From Octopus sinensis (Eukaryota): a stretch of DNA of 64,000 nucleotides. The translations under genes were made by a program, and so were the position numbers. Below, piece by piece: positions 51,271 through 63,989 of the stretch; position 1 is the stretch's first letter, and the number at the start of each line of letters is the position of its first letter. The DNA lies in NCBI RefSeq assembly GCF_006345805.1, contig NC_043007.1, positions 58,218,001 through 58,282,000 on the forward strand, written 5' to 3'. The notes below the pieces were generated by a model that saw only the letters and a list, made by a program, of their open reading frames with translations, was not told the origin of the DNA and made no database searches.

Positions 51271-51624
51271 AAACAGAATAGTATAAATCGATTGGTAAAT
51301 GTTATATTCCGATGTTAGATGGATCTTACTGCATTCTATCTCAGAATAATATAGCAACTTATAACACATAAGATTTTAAATTAAGATCATCTGCACTGGT
51401 ATTTATTGTCCACAGGCATCTTACTTTGAAGATATATAGAATTGAAACAAGGAAATAGGATTTAGAGGAAGAAAACAAATTAAATAATGACTACCAAATG
51501 AAAATATAAACGAGAAAAGTGTAAATAATTACAGCAAACAAGTATAAATGTTGCGACATTTTTACCTTAAGAAAAGCATAAAAGAAACAAAGAAAAACAT
51601 AAACAACGCAAATACTTGTATTTA

Positions 51625-51815
51625 ATATAGGTTTCAAATTTTGGAACAAAGGCAGCAATTTTGTGAGAGGAGATAAGTAGATTACATCGACCCCAGCGCT
51701 CAACTGGTACTTACTTTATCGACCTCGAAAAGACATTGAACTCAAAATGTAAATACGAATGAAATACTGCTAGGCATTTTGTCCGGCGTGCAACTTATTC
51801 TGCCAGCTCGCCGCC
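51625..51815 (-). mobile_element. CORE/MIR-like SINE family C
   Basis: Same motifs, ends TTCTGCCAGCTCGCCGCC. Confidence 0.8.
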
Positions 51816-51829
51816 TATACTCGTATTTA

Positions 51830-52750
51830 CTACTAGAAAAAAATTGACCACATCAATACCAAGAAAAAATACCAAAGAAAAACCTGAATCATACTGACAT
51901 CAACAAAATCTGGTCCCATTGATAGTAGTAAAATTTGAACCACTCTCGCACCAACATATCTGATCGCTATGGCATATAAGAAACAGCTTATTGAGAAAAG
52001 CTAGAAGGAATAGACCTTGAAAGAAATGTGAATGAAAGAAAAAGACAAAAATAGGAAATACACGCCAGTATTCTGAAAGCAAAGCTAAACATCGATATCC
52101 ATTCGTACTTATTTAGGTAGCAAGCTCTGTAGTAAAAATGGAGAAAAACTTCCTAAAAATAATAAAAAATGACAATATCGAAACAAGAGAGGCAGTGAAT
52201 AAACAGTATAGAAGAACGGGTTGTTTTAAATCGTGAACAAAATCTAAAATGGAAATATTCAAGTGAGAAGAAAGAGAAGGAATTATTGTAGAAACAGCGA
52301 AAAGCAACAGCAAAAACAGATATGATGGAGAATATTTTCTAGAGTAAGAACTACCACGAAGTCATAAAGGTTCTGGATATGTGAAATCCAACAGATTTTA
52401 TAAACCAAAGAATGACTTCATCTGGAATCTAATGTGCTTTTATCGAGATGTATGTGAAATGAAAATAGTTGTTAGCAGGCAACGGACAGCGAAAGAGAAG
52501 AAATCAAGTAAACTATATTTATGAGCAGCAAATAAGATAACAGAGATAAAAGTATTATAAAACAAAAAATCACTTAACATTGGAACAATTCTGGAGAGAA
52601 ATAGCAGCGCAGCAAGTAATCCAGGTACTACAAAATCTTTATCATATCTGAATTTGCACAAGGCTGAAATTTTGGAGGAAATAATAGCAAATAATAGCAA
52701 ACCACGCAAAAAAAATTGATGCAAATATATTTCTTAATTGAATGAAAAAA
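51830..52750 (+). mobile_element. Possible decayed N-terminal part of the downstream R4-type LINE
   Basis: A-rich, Lys-rich coding-like composition on the same strand as 53950-55600; no diagnostic motif recovered. Confidence 0.3.
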
Positions 52751-53949
52751 TACAGAAAGGAAATCGAAATGGCTGATAAAAGCCAGAAAATATCCTGACA
52801 TTTAAATGAAAAGAAAGTCCAATTATTCGACTCTATAGCCAAAGTTTGTAATTATTGTTTTAAATAATCTAAGGACTCCTTCATATGAGTCGCCTGCAAA
52901 AAATAATTAATTCTCATAAAGAGAACAATATTGTTCGCTCAAGTCGCCTCGTTTTGAATCCAGCACATTTTTGTATTATTGTCTTCCTTTGGGCTTCCTC
53001 TTAAACTTGTTGGGTTTCTTGTTGAATTTGTTTCGATTAATTGTTCTACCATTTTTCATGAAATGAGTTTTTGCATTTCCTACTTATTGTTCTAGTAAGT
53101 AATCTGACTCTAGTTTTCTACATGCATTCACAAACTCGTTTCCACTTCGTTTGCAAGCCGCTGTATTTACTGTTTTTACTGTATTAAAGTTTGTCTTGGT
53201 TGTGGTCGTTGAGTTCGTGTAAGTTTCAATGTTCTCCTAGTCTTCTGTATCACTGTTGTTGCCAGTATTTGTTGTCGTGTGAGGTATGTTGGTAACAGTA
53301 GTGTTAATTTCACCTCTCTTTTTATTTGTATTGTTGTCATTGGTACTGTTATCCATACAATATTTGTTAACAGTAGCAAGTGTCAGTTGGAGATCATTTT
53401 CATAATGGCTCTTAGAACAGTCCTCTGCCTGCTCAGTTTGAGAAGCCACATTGCTTATTTTCAAATATGTAACTTCATTTTTGAAACTTTCTAAATACAC
53501 CCCAAATGAGACGAAAATTTTGCAAACTAAAAGTTGGTTTGATAACAAAAGACAAAAATTAGTTTGTTCAAAAAAGAAAGATTCGATAACAGCTTAAGAA
53601 CTTCAAATCGACGTCTTTCAACTGCAAACACAACAACAGGAACAGCGGTTACAGCAACAACAATAACAATGGTTTAAAATTCTGGCACAAGAATTTGAAG
53701 GGTGGGCTAAGTCGATTATATCGTTTCCAGGGGGCCACTGTTACTTATTTTATCGATCCACAAAGTTGTCCTTAAGGCAACGAAGCAGCATCGCCGAAAT
53801 CAGCTGATCTTACAGTTAGACAGTAAGACTTTTTCCCACTTAAGGATAACAGAGTCACTACGTCTTGCTACGGTCCCAACTATTATGGTCAATGCCATTT
53901 ACAGGCTGACAGCAACATGATTCACGATACTATCATTTAGAACTGAAGC

Positions 53950-55600
53950 TAATACTTTAGGCACTTATAGTGTTAAATTATCAACAGGAATATTTCAGGG
54001 AGACAGTTTATCTATAATACTTTTTGTCCTAACAGTGAACCCCTTGTTAACCCTGTGGAGGAAATACAAAGACTACATGAGAGGATCTGAAGATGAAAGG
54101 AAGATTAATTTCACCCACATCTTTTTTGTTGATGACCTCAAGCTGCACTTGAATAAAAATCATAATACCAAGAATCAGTTAGCTCAGAGCAAAACATTAT
54201 CATGATGCAACGGAATGAAGTTTGGTCACAACAAGCATTCATATTTGGTAGTCAAACAAGGAAACATTGGCGACCAGACAAGAAATAAGCATATAAATTG
54301 TCTGTTTGTTCCTGCTATCACCAGTGATGAATTTTACGAATAACTTTGAATCAACGAGAATATTGAATATGTAGGTGCTGTCAATAAATACAGAATGACA
54401 AGAGAATACTTCAGCAGATATGGAAGTCAGAGCTATCTGCATTCAATAAAACTTTATCCCACAATGTTTTCGTGTACTAGTACCAACATATGAGATATTA
54501 GACAGGACGCTGGAAGAAATTTACTACTTAGATATCAAAACCAAGAAGATATTAACAATGACTTGTAGCTTCCACATCGACTGTAATACTGACAGAATCT
54601 GAGAGATTGAGGTAGTGGCATAAGACTAAGTGCTGAATTGTGTAACTTGGACAACACTTATTAAACAACAAAGGGAAATGAGTACATCATACATATGCTC
54701 AACACTGAAGGTAATAGCATCATGAGATTAGGTAAGGAACTCCCGAAAAAGTACAACGTTTTTACGGTTGTTTCTTGTGAACCAATGGTGGCTGAACATA
54801 GAAGAGAAACATTCTTCATACCTGCAGAAATTTATGCATAGGTACATATCCTGCAAACTAGAGAATTTCAGCAACGTTGGTAGGAATTAGTAGCCTCTCC
54901 TGAACTTGCGATAAGTACATCACATCTTACCTAGAAGACTATGTTTTTGCCATCCAAGAACAGGAGATAGCTACTGGATACGTGATCGACGAAAAAGAGG
55001 AGGATGCCTCTAAAATTCCATGATATGATAGAATGTGATAAATGTGATGTACGAGTGAGGAAGGTATCACTCATAGCATCAGTAGTTGTCCAGAAATAGC
55101 AGCAACAAACTACCTTCTCATAACATTATAGTTAAGACGATCTACAATGCTACACGCGGGAATGATTGTTATGACGACCATACAAAAGCACACTAGATAG
55201 GAAAATATCCACACCTCTAAACATATAGAAAAATTGGGGGAACATTCCAATAAAAACAGCAAGCCTTTATAAGCACTACGTGCAAGAGATTGCTGTATGG
55301 GGAAGAGAGCAAAAGTCGCGCACCGTTGTAGAGATCAGTGATTCAGTGGATGTGAATGCTTGTTCAAAAACTGCAGATGAGTTTAATACCTTATGATGAG
55401 AAACATACAGCTCTCGTATCCAGGTGTTTCATTTTCACCTATTACAGGTGCCCTTAGATACGCAACAACAGACCTCCATAGAAACCTGGAAAAAGCTTAA
55501 GTTCTCCAAAACTGAACAGAGCAGATTAATTCGCAGTCTTCAGATGCAATTTATCAGAGGAACAGGGAAAATTTGTAAAAAAAAATTTTATAGATTCTCT
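53950..55600 (+). mobile_element. Decayed R4/Dong-type LINE (RT, CCHC, RLE)
   Basis: GIFQGDSLS..LFVLTVNPL; THIFFVDDLKL; FAIQEQEIAT; C.KC...E.ITH..SSCP; V..R..K...VVEIS...D.N RLE remnant; SLQ.QFI.GT.KI. Confidence 0.8.
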
Positions 55601-55642
55601 ATTCAAAGTTCTTACTTGAACATATGGACATAATCAAATATA

Positions 55643-56512
55643 CGTGCTCTGATCAATAAGTATCCGGATTGTTGCCATAGTAACAAAACTGAGGCACGCA
55701 GAGTAAAGCCGCTTGAAACAGATTCACCTTGAACTCCGTTGTGCATGCTCACTAAGTTTTAACATTCTAAATCACTTCTGCTGTTTACAGCAGTGCTGGG
55801 AAGGAAGGCGTGTAGTGTGTGATCGTCGCATTGTCCATGACAAAGTTGAGCAGACAATCTGCAACAAATGTTTCCAAAAGCTTGGCGATACCTGCTCAGA
55901 GACCTACGCAAAATTTTCAAAATGTTTTCATCGTACTCCACACAATCAAGACCTTTTGCAACTGAAACCTGAATGTATTTTTGGTCAGCTGAAAGCAGTT
56001 TTAGCACAAACTTGGCATCTCATACCCAAATCCCCTGTGATGATGGAATTGAACTGAACCGTAACAAATCTGCAAATCTTCTGATAACTCACGGATAAGG
56101 ATTCGACGATTTCCTCTCACAGCACATCTGCGATGTTTTTCTCAGTTCTGCTGGTTGCGGGTCTCACAAAACGTTCGTCAATATTGACATTTTTTCGACC
56201 ATCTTGGAAACGTCTGAACGACTCGTACACTTGTGTGCGGCTCATACACAACTCATCATACACTTTCTGTAACTTTGCGTAGACATCTAAACAGGCATCG
56301 CCTTGACAACTTTCTCTGTCATGGTCAAAGCGACGACCACACTCTACACTCCTTGCTTCCAAGCACTGCTGCAAATAGTAGAAACTAGAACGTTAAAACC
56401 TAGTGTCCATGCAGAGCAAAGTTCAAGGTTAATTTGTACAAAGCAGCTTCACTCTGCATGGTTTAGCTGTGTTACTATAGCAACAGTCCGGATATTTATT
56501 GATCAGACCTCG
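55643..56512. mobile_element. Mariner derivative made of two 5' ends in inverted orientation
   Basis: TIRs TA-CGTGCTCTGATCAATAAGTATCCGGA / TCCGGATATTTATTGATCAGACCTCG-TA. Plus arm encodes KVEQ.IC.KCFQKLGDTCSETYAK; minus arm encodes CLDVYAKLQKVY.E.CMSRTQVYE.FRRFQDGRKNV..DER..RP..SRT...DLGMR. Confidence 0.87.
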
Positions 56513-57369
56513 TACATAGGGTATACGTTTGAACACACACGTGTTCTATCGTGACACGTAAAATACGCGAGTGAAAATTTATCCACATGCACACCTATAT
56601 ATCTACATCAATCAATGCAGGTAACCACAAAGATTTGAGTTGCCTTGACATAAACAAAAAGTCCTAGCTAGTTTTTAAGTATTTCTGAGACATTTTATAG
56701 AAACATACGCACATTCTCATGTTCATAGATATGCAATACACACCCATACACACGCACACACATATACACACACATATACACACACACACACACACACGAC
56801 ACTTGAAACATACGCAGGATCAGACATACCAATGTGTGACTCCGTACGCAGCTAGAAATATACATATACATTTCGATGGATGTATATGTGGGCAAATATA
56901 CACGCACACAATTCGCATACACACACAAACATTCACACACATACACACTGACATACACATGCACAGGTACAGGAGCGACATACATATGCATGCACAAAAG
57001 GTTTATGCATCAATCATACAAATTCAGAGACACGCACTTACACTAGGTGCAACGGACACACATAGAAAAAACTAATACATAGATGCACACAAAACATATA
57101 CATACATACAAACATACATACATCCATATACTTAATCATATACAAATACAGAAACGTATGCACTTTGAGGTTCATACATGAATGTGCACAGAGATAAACA
57201 TATACACTAAAGTAATACAATTACGCACTCAAACAGATACAGATTTATACAAACTCACGCATATATACAAGCATGTAAAAGAAGATACACTTTAGCCAGT
57301 CACTAACAAGCAAACATATATATATATATATTATATATGTATATAGATGTGTGAGTGTGTATAAAGATA

Positions 57370-57436
<67 letters not shown>

Positions 57437-57437
57437 C

Positions 57438-57485
<48 letters not shown>

Positions 57486-57492
57486 GTGTGTG

Positions 57493-57527
<35 letters not shown>

Positions 57528-57529
<2 letters not shown>

Positions 57530-60500
57530 ACACCCCAAATATCTCACCAGTGCTTCTGCTGAATGTCAGAGGTCTGGTGAAACCCACTAATATGAGTAAA
57601 ATTCCTTACCTTAGGGACTTAAGCACAAGCAACCATGCAATATGCATAGCGCTGACTGAAACGCACCTGTCAAGCAGTATAGCAGATGCAGAAATACACG
57701 TACCAAAGTATACTGTTTTTCGGTCAGACAGGAAGGAAAGAACTCATGGTGGGGTTGCCCTGTACGTCCGTGAAGATGTCACACCCATAGTACTGTTGAC
57801 ACACTCAAACTCAGTCTGTGACACACTGATAGTACACATGAAACAACCGAAAATAGTAATATGTGTCACATATCGGCCACCAGACACCCCTAGTCATGAA
57901 GGAGTGTTTGAAGATAGCCTCAGAAGAATAGAAGAAGTCCTGGACAAACTGGACCAGGGTAACACCATTCTACTGCTGGGAGATTTTAACCTTCCGAAAG
58001 TCAAATGGCCAGATGGCCATCTCCTCCCTGAATGACATCACTTGAACAGAGACAGACAGAGTCCTTGTTGGCTCTCACACGCAAGTTTTTCATGGAACAA
58101 GCAGTGCTTCGGCCAACAAGAGGTGAGAATGTCTTGGACCTCTGTTTCACAAGCAACCCGATGCTCATCCACAACATAATGGTAACACCTACAATTCTCT
58201 CAGATCACAACTTAGTAGAGGTAATGATATATGGTATGAGAGAGTTAGTTGAGACGCAGCCATTAGAAAATACCACAGGCCTATCCAGTCTAAACTTCCA
58301 TAAGGCAAACTGGAAGAAGATCAACGAAGAGATCCGAAAACATGACTGGAGTGACTTCATCACCACACAAGAGACCAACACACATTTCCAACATTTCATG
58401 ACAACAATACAGAACATATGCCATAAGTTTGTCCCGGAGAAAAAAGCCAGCGGCATAGGAACGTTATTCCCAGAGACAGGAAAATACTTATGAGGCGAAG
58501 AGCTAAGCTCTCGAAGCAACTGAATGCACGGCAGAGAAACAATAAGGGACTCCACCTGAAACTTTTTGAAACGGAAACTGCACTCAAACTTTCCTATGAG
58601 AAGGAGAGGGCAGAGAGAGAAGCCAGGGCCATAGAGAATATTAAAACAAACCCTAAAGCTTTCTTTAAATTTGCGAAAGAAACCACCTCGGTACACTGCA
58701 AGATTGGCCCACTCTTTGATAAAAAGGGCTCTCTAACTGAGGACCCCCAAGGGATAAGTGAAATACTAAAGGAACAGTATAAAAGTGTGTTCACATCCCC
58801 TCTGGGGCACATGCAAATCACAAACCCAGAAGTTTTCTTTGATGCCACAACACTCCAAAACCAAACAACCATCGACCACATAGACATAACAGAGAGGGAT
58901 GTAATATCTGCCATAGAAGAAATGAGAATAAACTCAGCTGCTGGACCAGATGGATTCCCAGCAGTCCTCCTAAAAACATGCAGGCATGCCCTAGCGGGAC
59001 CACTGAAGAAGCTCTTCAGTGGTTCCTTGGCTAACGGTAAACTGCCCAGGGCGCTAAAAGAAGGCACCATATGCCCTATCCACAAAGGAGGGAGTAGAGC
59101 AGAGGCCAAAAACTACAGGCCAGTCTCCCTGACGTCACACATAAGTAAGGTCATGGAACGAATCATCAGAAAAAAACTGATCACGTTCCTCGAAGAAACT
59201 AACCGTCCTCACTGACACACAGCATGGCTTTCGCCCAGGAAGAAGCTGCCTTACGCAGCTGTTACAACACTACGACTGGGTACTGAAAAACTACTGGATC
59301 GCTCACAGGTGGATGTGGTATATCTCGACTTTGCGAAGGCCTTTGACAAAGTCGACCACGGAGTGATATGTCACAAATTACTCAGACTCGGCATAACAGG
59401 AAAAGTAGGTGAGTGGATACATGACTTCCTGAAGGACAGAAGCCAGATGGTTGCAGCCAATGGAGCCCTCTCGGGAAAGACACCAATAGCAAGCGGGGTG
59501 CCACAGGGCACAGTCTTGGGACCCTTGCTGTTTTTGGTGGCGCTCTCTGACATGCCCTTGGTAGCACAAACAACATCCCTCACTAGCTATGCTGATGACA
59601 CAAAGGTAGCACAGGCAATTAAAAACCCAGCTGATGCTGACCTTTTACAACAAGATCTGGATGCCATATACAAATGGGCTGAAGAAAACAACATGCAATT
59701 TAATGCTGGTAAATTTCAAGCCTTACAATATCAAGCTGTAAACACATATACATTACAACACAACTATACTGGTCCAGGAGGGATCGAAATCCCAGTATCG
59801 AAATCAATACGGGACCTGGGGATAGACATGGGTGACGATGCATCTTTTTCTTCACACATCGCGAAGGTGGCGACAATGTGCAGACGGCTCACTGGCTGGA
59901 TCCTGAGGACATTCCGGACAAGAGACTGCGAGACCATGTTGACACTATGGAGGACATTTGTCCTAAGCCGCCTAGACTACTGCTCCCAACTGTGGTCACC
60001 GCATAGTGTCAAACTAACCACAGAGCTTGAGACAATCCAAAGACATTTCACCAAGAGGATTTCCACCATGAAAGAAAAGAACTATTGGGAGAGGCTTAGG
60101 GAACTCAATTTGTACTCCTTGGAACGAAGACGAGAGAGATATGCAGTGATATACATATGGAAAATCCTGGAGGGACTAGCACCAAATTTTGGAATTGAGA
60201 GCTGTTCCAATCCCCGTACAGGTCGTCACTGTGTGGTGCCAAAGGTCCCGTCTTCCACATCCAGGGTAAGGAGCAGATACTGTAATAGCCTGGGGTTCAG
60301 GGGCCCTCAGCTGTTCAACAAACTGCCAAGAAAACTAAGAGATCTACATGATGCGGATGTGGACATTTTCAAAAAACATCTAGACAAGCTGCTTTCCGGG
60401 ATCCCAGATGAACCCACTGCAAGGTACGAAGGTAACCTAAGGGCAGCAGCTACAAACTCTCTCTTAGATCAGTGGCCAGCCACGGCAAACTGGACTTAGA

Positions 60501-60576
60501 GAGGGTAGCAACAAGGGTGGTGCCCCAGCATGGCCTCAGCCGGATGGCTGAAACAAGTAAAAGAGTAAAAGAGTAA
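57528..60576 (+). mobile_element. CR1/L2-group LINE, 5' end at start of APE domain, intact 3' tail
   Basis: APE plus RT ORF, short 3' UTR with stem-loop and (GTAAAAGA)n end; (TA)n on both sides. Confidence 0.95.
57550..60499 (+). pseudogene. LINE ORF2 (AP endonuclease-reverse transcriptase) with four 1-bp frameshifts and no internal nonsense codon
   Basis: [51 protein letters not shown]; KNYRPVSLTS, QHGFRPGRSCLTQL, YLDFAKAFDKVDH, SGVPQGTVLGPLLF, SYADDTK, RDLGI. Frameshifts near 58030, 58455, 59206, 59290. Confidence 0.93.
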
Positions 60577-60590
60577 TATATATATATATA

Positions 60591-61002
60591 TCCCACTGCG
60601 TGCCATCTTGGACAAGTGTCTTCTACTATAGCCTCGGGCCAACCAAAGCCTTGTGTGTGGATTCGGTAGACGGAAACTGGAAGAAGCCCGTCGTATATGT
60701 ATATATATATGGGTGGGTGTGTGGGTGGGTGTTTGCCCGTGTTTATAAGCTAAAGAATGATCTCATCTGGAATCTAATGCGATTTTATTGAGATGTATGT
60801 GAAATGAAAATAGTTATATAGCCGCGTGATAACCGATAGTGGTGTGTTTAAGTCCTCGTAACTTAGCGGTTCGGCAAAAGAGACCGGTAGAATAAGTACT
60901 TGGCTTACACAGAATAAACTCTGGGGTCGATTTGCCCGACTAAAGGCAGTGCTCCAGCATGGTCGCATTCAAATGATTGAAATAAGTAAAAGAAAGAAAG
61001 AA
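60591..61002 (+). mobile_element. SINE family A, 5'-truncated, with a 73-bp foreign segment at 60743-60815
   Basis: Homologous to the adjacent copy 61020-61464 except for the replaced segment. Confidence 0.88.
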
Positions 61003-61019
61003 GATATATATAAATATAT

Positions 61020-61197
61020 CTGGAGTGGCTTTGGAGTGTGTGAGCGGTAAGTAGCTTGCTAACCAACCACATGGTTCCGGGTTCAGTCCCACTGCGTGGC
61101 ATCTTTGGCAAGTGTCTTCTGCTATAGCCTCGGGCCGATCAATGCCTTGTGGGTGGATTTGGTAGACGGAAACTGAAAGAAGCTTGTCGTATATATG

Positions 61198-61246
<49 letters not shown>

Positions 61247-61463
61247 TTGTGTGTCTGTGTTTGTCCCCCTAGCATTGCTTGACAACCGATGGTGGTGTGT
61301 TTACGTCCCCGTCACTTAGCGGTTCGGCAAAAAGAAACCGATAGAATAAGTACTGGGCTTACAAAGAATAAGTCCCGGGGTCGATTTGCTCGACTAAAGG
61401 CGGTGCTCCAGCATGGCCGCAGTCAAATGACTGAAACAAGTAAAAGAGTAAAGAGTAAAAGAG

Positions 61464-61464
<1 letters not shown>
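61020..61464 (+). mobile_element. SINE family A, full length
   Basis: tRNA-like head with B-box-like GGTTCAGTCCC, (TA)/(TG) spacer, body, LINE-like tail CCAGCATGGCCGCAGTCAAATGACTGAAACAAGTAAAAGAG. Confidence 0.93.
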
Positions 61465-61514
<50 letters not shown>

Positions 61515-61521
61515 ATATATA

Positions 61522-61563
<42 letters not shown>

Positions 61564-61888
61564 ATATATGTATATATATATGTGTTGTGTATGTATGTAT
61601 TTATAGAGAGAGAGAAAGAGAGAGGGAGACAAGAACTACTTAAAAAGCACTCACAAACATAAATATATATGTACATAGCCACATGCTCAAACGGTCACCG
61701 ACACATATGCGCGCGAAAACATGCACATAATTATATATACACTTACACACAAATACTCTCATGCGCACACATAGAAATCTAGACAAATACATGCATATAC
61801 CCAGACGCATACAACGTACAGACATACACGTACTCACGCACCCATTCACACTCACACATACATTCACCCAGCTACCACACACACGCAG

Positions 61889-61926
<38 letters not shown>

Positions 61927-62376
61927 ATCTATAGATATGTGAAATGAAGAGTGTGAAAGAAACAGTTTCCGCTGTTATGAACTATGATATCCATATGCAT
62001 GTATACATACAAACATGCATACATACACACATACATATATAAAAATACATATATATACATGTGTGTATGTGTGTGTGTGAGTATGTATTTATGTATGCAT
62101 GTATTTTATATACGCTGTATAGCCGGTTGTTTTATACAAGCTATATAGCCGGTTATTTTATAATCCTATATCGCCGGTTGAAGCATGATAAATTGTAAAG
62201 GTGGCGACATACCGTAAACAGAATCCATATTGAGTGGAGATGTTACTCTCCCATCAATCTTTAATGGGTGGTGCGGTTATGTGTGTATATGAATATGTCT
62301 ATATGTCTATGTGAGTTTGTGTGTGTGGGCGTGCGCCTGTATTTGCATATATATGTGTGTGTATATATATATATAC

Positions 62377-62456
<80 letters not shown>

Positions 62457-62482
62457 ATATATATATATATGTGTGTGTATAT

Positions 62483-62532
<50 letters not shown>

Positions 62533-63472
62533 TACATTTATGTGTGTGTATGTGTGTATGTGTGTGCATGTGCCCTTGTGTGTTTATGTGGTGAAGTTAC
62601 CAAGTATTTAACGCAGCTATCTCGACCGCATCAATATATGATACGACATAATATAGAGATTGGCGAGTTAACGGTGTAAATAGAACGCGATAACATCATC
62701 TTTATGCATATGCACGTACATATATACATATACATATTGTGTACCTGCATAAAAGTGTGTGTGTATGTATCAAACAAACTGTAACAAATTTTGTTTTATT
62801 TTCTCTCTGCTTTTGTTATTTCTTCTATGAATATATTGTTTTTGTTGTTATTTCTTTTATTTTTTTTTATATTTTGAAGGGAAAGTTGCATCAACGGTTT
62901 ATGGTTTATTATAAATTTATCTCAACAACAAAGGTAGATGAACTGTGAACTGTGTGAGCGGTATTTCAAATAGTAGAATTAAAAAAAAGCTATTTACTAC
63001 TATTAACAGAAGTCAACTCGCCGAACACTTTGTCTTTGGATGTATTTGTACTCTATTCTTGGCAAATGCATCATGCTGAGGTAGCGTCAGTTTAGAGGCA
63101 TTTAGAGTTACCTTTCTGATAGTATATAGTATATAGAAAAGACATTATGTGTAAGAGCTAGAAAGATGTGTATGTGTGTGTGTGTGTGTGTGTATCTATG
63201 TATGTACATATAAATATCATTTTTATATACACATATATATCAATACATAAACACACAAACATATATATATATATGTTATATACATTAATATCTAACAGTG
63301 AGAATGGGTGTTCAACACCACATTGGTGGATAAATATTCTTTAATCGTAGGTCAACCAGGCTACCATTAGTTTTATGATAGAAGAGATGTCACTAAGCAA
63401 TTATCAAGCTTGTCACATGGAATTTTGGTATTCGTCTCTATCTTGGATGAAAACACCTATATATACATATGT

Positions 63473-63543
<71 letters not shown>

Positions 63544-63554
63544 ACACACACACA

Positions 63555-63752
63555 CAGGGTGTTCAAAAAGTTTCTCTGCAGTGAATTGTTTCTCCATGAT
63601 GTATTTCAAAAAATGTGTTGAAGAGTCAATTTATATATTGAAAATGAAGGACGACATTTTCAACACCTCTTGTAAAGTCTAATATATTCTTTTGTAGTTT
63701 TATACTATCTTACAAATATTTATTTTGCAATAAAATACCTTTAAAAACCCTG
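63555..63752 (+). mobile_element. 198-bp Tc1/mariner-derived MITE/deletion derivative
   Basis: CAGGGTGTTCAAAAAG / CCTTTAAAAACCCTG-TA termini; interior encodes ..NLYIENEGRHFQHLL*, a transposase C-terminus. Confidence 0.75.
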
Positions 63753-63868
63753 TATATGCATGTGTGTGTGTAATTATAATTTTCTTTGGAAAAATATACC
63801 GTAGAAGTGCTCAAGTCGAACCCAAGGCGGTAGACATATATATATGTATATATGTATATATATATACA

Positions 63869-63904
<36 letters not shown>

Positions 63905-63944
63905 AACGCACATACACACACACATACATATATATATTATATAT

Positions 63945-63989
<45 letters not shown>

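Noticed and set aside
53237-53548. 103-aa Asn/Thr-rich minus-strand ORF
   Set aside because: No recognisable domain; possibly a decayed retroelement ORF1, but unsupported.
62114-62180. Three spaced copies of TATAGCCGGTT about 26 bp apart (CRISPR-like at a glance)
   Set aside because: Degenerate minisatellite with similar spacers in eukaryotic DNA; no cas genes.
1856-63925. Dozens of ORFs rich in YI, CV, TH, YLSI or MYVC
   Set aside because: Translations of (TA)n, (TG)n, (CA)n, (GATA)n and (TATG)n microsatellites; no coding evidence.
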